DNA of 16,259 bases from a virus, in UHGV virus genome UHGV-2113578. One strand, written 5' to 3'. Position 1 is the stretch's first letter; every line of letters starts with the position of its first letter. The position numbers and the translations under genes are program-made. Below, one piece after another: positions 8,265 to 16,259 of the stretch. Below the pieces are notes generated by a model. That model was not told the origin of the DNA. It did not search any database and saw nothing but the letters and a program-made list of their open reading frames with translations.

Positions 8265-9290
8265 TTACGCCAGTTGAACGGACACGAACTCATCAGGGTC
8301 AGCCAGCAGCATCAGCGGTGCTGACTGAATCATGGTGAACTCACGCGCCGGATCGCCGGTAGTCACCCAGTTTTTCGGGTAACGGGCAGAGGCGTTAATG
8401 CCTTCGCGCTGTGCGTCCGCATCCTGAATGCAGCCATAGGTGCGCAGACCGCGAGCCTGAGTGTTCCCCAGCACCATCGTGTTGTCCGGCAGGAAGTTCT
8501 TTTTGACGCCGTTTTCCACGTACTGTCCGGAATACACGACGATGGCCACATCGCCATACATTCCCTTATAGGACACCGCTTTGCCCAGGTCTTTTACCGC
8601 TGTCTCCAGCTCGGAATGAGAGCCGCGACGGGTATCCAGCTTCTCCTTGACGGCTTTGAAGGAACGGAACAGCGCCCAGCCTTTCGGATCAAACACGATG
8701 ATATTCACCACACCGCTGGCGTTCAGCGCGTAGGCTTCGATATCGTCGGTCGGGTCATACGTGGACTTGTCACGCTTGCTCCACTCCGTGCCGCCGGACT
8801 GCGTGATGTTATTCGCCTCACTGCGGCCCATATCCACCTCAACCGGATCGAAGGCTTCACCGGTCATGGTATATTTGCCCTTAAGCACGGCAGAAACTGC
8901 CTGCATCTCTTCGACCTGGGCAATCGCCAGATTTTCATCCAGCATATTCTGCCGAATAATACGGCGACGACGGTAAGCCGGGTCAGCCAGGTTCTGCGGA
9001 TCTTCATCCGGCAGGCGACGCAGGGTCATCTGCGGATTCACCTCATGCTTCGGCTTGACATAACCCGGCGTAAATTCAGAGGTGGAGCCGCCACGGGATC
9101 GGATAACCTCACCGGAAACAATCGGCGAAACGTACAGCGCCATGTTTACCAGTCCCGGAATTTGTGAGAGATAGACTTTTTCCGTGGTGAAAGGATAGGT
9201 TTCACGGAAAAACAGGCGCAGAAACAACGGATCGAACTTAAAGTGATGCTGGGTCGATGCCAGTAATTCTGCAGTTGTATATACAGACAT
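8265..9290 (-). CDS. E: Major capsid protein E (gpE-like, HK97 fold family)
   Basis: 341-aa ORF MSVYTTAELLASTQHHFKFDPLFLRLFFRETYPFTTEKVYLSQIPGLVNMALYVSPIVSG ...; same length as lambda gpE. Confidence 0.95.
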   Translation of the reverse strand: MSVYTTAELLASTQHHFKFDPLFLRLFFRETYPFTTEKVYLSQIPGLVNMALYVSPIVSGEVIRSRGGSTSEFTPGYVKPKHEVNPQMTLRRLPDEDPQNLADPAYRRRRIIRQNMLDENLAIAQVEEMQAVSAVLKGKYTMTGEAFDPVEVDMGRSEANNITQSGGTEWSKRDKSTYDPTDDIEAYALNASGVVNIIVFDPKGWALFRSFKAVKEKLDTRRGSHSELETAVKDLGKAVSYKGMYGDVAIVVYSGQYVENGVKKNFLPDNTMVLGNTQARGLRTYGCIQDADAQREGINASARYPKNWVTTGDPAREFTMIQSAPLMLLADPDEFVSVQLA

Positions 9291-9303
9291 AAATTATTTC
9301 CAT

Positions 9304-9324
9304 AAAAAAAGCCGCACAGGCGGC
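9304..9324 (-). terminator. GC stem-loop followed by a U7 tract in the D-E intergenic region (terminator-like or attenuator/stability hairpin)
   Basis: Minus strand reads GCCGC-CTGT-GCGGC then TTTTTTT, lying between the D stop (9346) and the E start (9290). Confidence 0.4.
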
Positions 9325-9345
9325 CTTTGTTGATGAAGGGGAAGA

Positions 9346-9678
9346 TTAAACGATGCTGATTGCCGTTCCGGCAAACGCGGTCCGTTTTTTCGTCTCGTCG
9401 CTGGCAGCCTCCGGCCAGAGCACATCCTCATAACGGAACGAGCCGGACTTGTAGAACGTCAGTGTGGTGCTGGTCTGGTCAGCAGCAACCGCCAGAATGC
9501 CAACGGCTGCACCGTCGGTGGTGCCATCCCACACAACCAGCTTACGGGTAGTGCCATCCAGCATCAGTGGGGTCATTGCAGGCGTTTTCGCACTCAATCC
9601 GCCAGGCGCAATTGCTGTATGAGCCGGATCACTGTTACCCAGCGGCTGGTAATGGTTAAACTCTTCTTTTGTCGCCAT
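9346..9678 (-). CDS. D: Head decoration protein D (gpD-like)
   Basis: 110-aa [55 protein letters not shown] ...; same length as lambda gpD; SD AAGAGG upstream. Confidence 0.95.
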   Translation of the reverse strand: MATKEEFNHYQPLGNSDPAHTAIAPGGLSAKTPAMTPLMLDGTTRKLVVWDGTTDGAAVGILAVAADQTSTTLTFYKSGSFRYEDVLWPEAASDETKKRTAFAGTAISIV

Positions 9679-9687
9679 AACTGCCTC

Positions 9688-10305
9688 TTATACCGGTAAA
9701 GCTTCAGGTGTATTAAGTAATTCTTTATTGGTATCAGATGCCAGGTTACCTGCAGCCAGCGGTGCCGGTGCCCCCTGCATCAGACGATCCAGCGCAGTGT
9801 CACTGCGCGCCTGTGCACTCTGTGGTGCAGCTGCCAGAATGCGGCGGGCCGTTTCCACGGTCATACCGGGGGTTTCGGCCAGCACACGTGCCTGTTCTTC
9901 GCGTCCGTGAGCTTCCTCACAGTTGAGGATCCCCATAATGCGGCTGTTTTCTGCCGCAACCGCAGCGGTGATCTGCGCGTTCACGTCCGGCTGCGCCGCG
10001 CTGGCGTTTTCGCCCTCCGTCGCTGGCACCACGTCAGTAACGTCAGCCTGCGAAGCAGTGGCTGAAACAGTTGTTGATTGAGTCTCTTTGGTCATTCGCC
10101 CTCCTGAGAGACGGGATTTACGTGCATCCAGTGCATCACGCATAACGGTGATCGCATCGGTGCTGTTGACAAGTTCATCAGCCAGTCCGGCATCAATGGC
10201 CTCCTGACCGCTGTACACTGCAGCCTCGGTATCCAGCACAGCCTGCACGGACAGGCCGGTATATGCCGACACCTTCTGCGCAAACATCCGGCGGGTTGCA
10301 TCCAT
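9688..10305 (-). CDS. Nu3: Scaffolding protein Nu3, nested in-frame within the 3' part of C
   Basis: In-frame ATG at 10303-10305 (MDATRRMFAQKVSAYTGLS ...), sharing the C stop codon, as in the lambda C/Nu3 arrangement. Confidence 0.7.
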   Translation of the reverse strand: MDATRRMFAQKVSAYTGLSVQAVLDTEAAVYSGQEAIDAGLADELVNSTDAITVMRDALDARKSRLSGGRMTKETQSTTVSATASQADVTDVVPATEGENASAAQPDVNAQITAAVAAENSRIMGILNCEEAHGREEQARVLAETPGMTVETARRILAAAPQSAQARSDTALDRLMQGAPAPLAAGNLASDTNKELLNTPEALPV

Positions 10306-10999
10306 CCGGGACTGCAGTGTCTCCCGGACATCACCCGGTAGATGGCTGTAGGGGTTGCCATCCACCTTATGGCTGCCGCTGTAAATCAGCGTGATTTCCA
10401 CGCCCTGTTTCTCCAGTGCAGCGCCGTAATTACTGTGAGCCATCATGACGCCGATGGAGCCTGTCCGGGCGGTCTGCGTGACCAGACGCCGGGAGGCGGC
10501 ACTGGCAAGCAGCTGACCTGCGCTGCAGTTCATGTCATTGGCCAGCGCCCATACCGGCTTTATGTCACGCACACGGGCGATGATGTCAGCGCAGTCAAAT
10601 GCCCCCGCCACCATCCCGCCGGGCGTGTCCATATCGAGCAGAATGCCGTCCACCATCGGATCGCTGGCAGCCTGTTGCAGACGGGCGATAATGCCGTTGT
10701 AACCGGTCATCCCCGAGTACGGCTGCAGCGCCCGCGTCCGGCTGACCAGCGTGCCGGACACCGGCAGCACGGCGATGCCGTTCATGACCTGATAACTGCG
10801 GGCCTGTCGTGGTCCGTCATCATCACCGGATAATGCCAGCGTCGCGAGTGCCTCCTGGGCAGTCAGGCTGTCGCCGGACACCGCATCCGTCAGGCGGCTG
10901 ATCCCAAGCTGGCCTGCAAGCGCACAAAAGAAAACCCGCGCATAGGCGGGTTCAAGCATCAGCGGCTCATTAAAAGCCATGCTGGCAATATGCGGGAGA

Positions 11000-11019
<20 letters not shown>
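9688..11019 (-). CDS. C: Capsid assembly protease C (gpC-like, ClpP/S49-type), starting at GTG
   Basis: GTG at 11017-11019 preceded by GAGGAGGAG; product (M)TAELRNLPHIASMAFNEPLMLEPAYARVFFCALAGQLGIS ... The ORF-track 488-aa version extends upstream into the B gene and is probably not real. Confidence 0.9.
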
Positions 11020-14700
<3,681 letters not shown>

Positions 14701-14726
<26 letters not shown>

Positions 14727-15246
14727 TCAGCAACCCCGGTATCAGTTCATCCAGCGCGGCTGCTTTGTTCATGGCTTTGATGATATCCCGTTTCAGGAAA
14801 TCAACATGTCGGTTTTCCAGTTCCGGAAAACGCCGCTGCACCGACAGGGGGATCCCGTCGAGAATACTGGCAATTTCACCTGCGATCCGCGACAGCACGA
14901 AAGTACAGAATGCGGTTTCCACCACTTCAGCGGAGTCTCTGGCATTTTTCAGCTCCTGTGCATCGGCCTGCGCACGCGTAAGTCGATGGCGTTCGTACTC
15001 AATAGTCCCTGGCTGGAGATCTGTCTCGCTGGCCTGCCGCAGTTCTTCAACTTCCCGGCGCAGCTTTTCGTTCTCAATTTCAGCATCCCTTTCGGCATAC
15101 CATTTTATGACGGCGGCAGAGTCATAAAGCACCTCATTACCCTTGCCACCGCCTCGCAGAACGGGCATTCCCTGTTCCTGCCAGTTCTGAATGGTACGGA
15201 TACTCGCACCGAAAATGTCAGCCAGCTGCTTTTTGTTGACTTCCAT
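14701..15246 (-). CDS. Nu1: Terminase small subunit Nu1 (gpNu1-like, winged-HTH cosB-binding)
   Basis: 181-aa ORF MEVNKKQLADIFGASIRTIQNWQEQGMPVLRGGGKGNEVLYDSAAVIKWYAERDAEIENEKLRREVEELRQ ...; ATG about 190 bp from cosN, as in lambda. Confidence 0.95.
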
Positions 15247-15267
15247 TGTTCATTCCACGGCCAAAAA

Positions 15268-15384
15268 CAGAGAAAGGAAACGACAAAGGCCCAAAAGTTC
15301 GTTTTCAGCACCTGTCGTTTCCTTTCTTTTCAGGGGGGGGGTTAAATAAAAACATTAAGTTACGGCGAAGAAGAACGGAAACGC
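15268..15384 (-). promoter_or_regulatory. cosB: cosB terminase-binding region: R3-like (15366-15384), R2-like (15307-15322) and R1-like (15268-15285) elements, with an A/T-rich presumed IHF-bending segment between R3 and R2
   Basis: Minus strand reads GCGTTTCCGTTCTTCTTCG ... GGAAACGACAGGTGCT ... TGTCGTTTCCTTTCTCTG. R2 and R1 form a 10-bp inverted repeat, GGAAACGACA / TGTCGTTTCC. Position between cosN and Nu1 matches lambda. Confidence 0.75.
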
Positions 15385-15414
15385 CTTAAACCGGAAAATT
15401 TTCATAAATAGCGA

Positions 15415-15445
15415 AAACCCGCGCGCCTGCCGCCCCGTGGCAGGC
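15415..15445 (-). promoter_or_regulatory. cosN: cosN-like terminase nicking site; inferred 12-nt cohesive-end segment at 15424-15435
   Basis: Minus strand reads CCACGGGGCGGCAGGCGCGCGGGTTTTCGC, which aligns base-for-base with the lambda cos junction (recalled as TTACG|GGGCGGCGACCT|CGCGGGTTTTCGC) but with substitutions in the core. Confidence 0.6.
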
Positions 15446-15828
15446 CACCCCACCGGAAGGACCCGCACAAATGAGAGCGTTTGTCATTAACATTTACAGA
15501 TAAGATGACGTACATCATTGAAACGCCATTCAGCCATATACCGGCAGCATTCGTAGTTGCACTCCGTAACTCTGCGACTAAGGTTAAAAACATGGCCCTC
15601 TTTTGCCACCGGCAAATCTTCAATGGATTTCCCCTGCCGGTTTTTTATTTTCGTCGATGCATAACATTGCATTTACATCAATAGCGGCTATTGTCATTAG
15701 TATGTTGCATCAATGCATGGGTGGTATTGGCGGTCTTCGCCGGCCGGTTCTGTGTAGCTGCTCCCTGTGACCGTTTTTTTATTTCTCACATTATCGCAGC
15801 CCCTCACTGAAGTGCTGCTGTAATGCAA

Positions 15829-15909
15829 GTTACTTGCGAACCAGACAAACGTCCTTGCCGTTAGTTTCAATACGCGAATACTGCGGTTTACCATCAATGA
15901 TGTCTGTCA
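15829..15909 (-). CDS. Candidate very small ORF (26 aa) directly downstream of, and in frame with, the 92-aa ORF
   Basis: ATG at 15907-15909 preceded by GAGGTG at 6-nt spacing; translates MTDIIDGKPQYSRIETNGKDVCLVRK. An overlapping alternative-frame 66-aa ORF (15697-15897) has a TTG/ATG start and no clear SD. Confidence 0.2.
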
Positions 15910-15946
15910 TTACGAACACCTCACCCGGCTGCAGTTCAACTGCACC

Positions 15947-16225
15947 TTACGGTAATTTCATGAAGGCAAATAGCGGACAGCCCGGATGACGAGCATCTTC
16001 TGTTGCTTCCAGCATTGATTCACCAAACCACTCCGTCGTAGCACGACCATCAGCAGCTTTGTAGTGGAGCAAGTACTGGTTTTCGCCATCCGCATACTGA
16101 GCGCGAGCTTTAACCTCACCCCATTCATCACTGATGCGTACTTCCACCAGTTGTGACAGTTCAAACTTAAACGGAATAGACACGACACCAACTAAAATCG
16201 GTTTGTTTTCTGTTTTTCCCATCAT
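15947..16225 (-). CDS. Hypothetical small protein at the right-arm end, upstream of cos (92 aa)
   Basis: ORF MMGKTENKPILVGVVSIPFKFELSQLVEVRISDEWGEVKARAQYADGENQYLLHYKAADGRATTEWFGESMLEATEDARHPGCPLFAFMKLP, with a strong SD (AGGAGA) 4 nt upstream of the ATG. Same strand as the late operon. I do not recognise a function. Confidence 0.55.
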   Translation of the reverse strand: MMGKTENKPILVGVVSIPFKFELSQLVEVRISDEWGEVKARAQYADGENQYLLHYKAADGRATTEWFGESMLEATEDARHPGCPLFAFMKLP

Positions 16226-16259
16226 CGTCTCCTGATATCGAAGCCCGTCGCCGCACCTG

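Noticed and set aside
15610-15650. Possible plus-strand intrinsic terminator (CCGGCA ... TGCCGG followed by a T tract)
   Set aside because: The stem is only 6 bp with a loop of about 19 nt, and it would terminate transcription antisense to the late operon. Too weak to call without a folding calculation or transcript data.
15402-15684. ORFs of 73 aa (minus) and 67 aa (plus) overlapping the cos region
   Set aside because: They span cosN and the non-coding A/T-rich region, have no RBS and implausible composition; the region is better explained as cos and non-coding DNA.

Overview
Nearly the whole window is the head and tail morphogenesis operon of a lambda-type (Lambdavirus) prophage, encoded on the minus strand. 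Reading the minus strand from high to low coordinates: right-arm end ORF(s), cos (cosN/cosB), Nu1, A, W, B, C/Nu3, D, E, FI, FII, Z, U, V, G/G-T, H, M, L, K, I. The window ends at the I stop, just before J. The proteins are, from my recollection of phage lambda, near-identical to the lambda reference; I cannot compute percent identity here. Because sequence continues on both sides of cos, the phage DNA is in integrated or circularised form, not a linear virion end. I found no tRNA, rRNA, CRISPR array, integrase, transposase or obvious cargo or defence gene. I do not see evidence for a previously undescribed system; this is one of the best-characterised gene blocks known. The points worth a second look are small departures from the lambda reference: a divergent cosN core, a G/C9 homopolymer in cosB, an FII stop codon changed to Trp, an assembly gap in the K/I overlap, and the small ORFs upstream of cos. 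All plus-strand ORFs over 60 aa lie antisense to recognised phage genes and are judged spurious.
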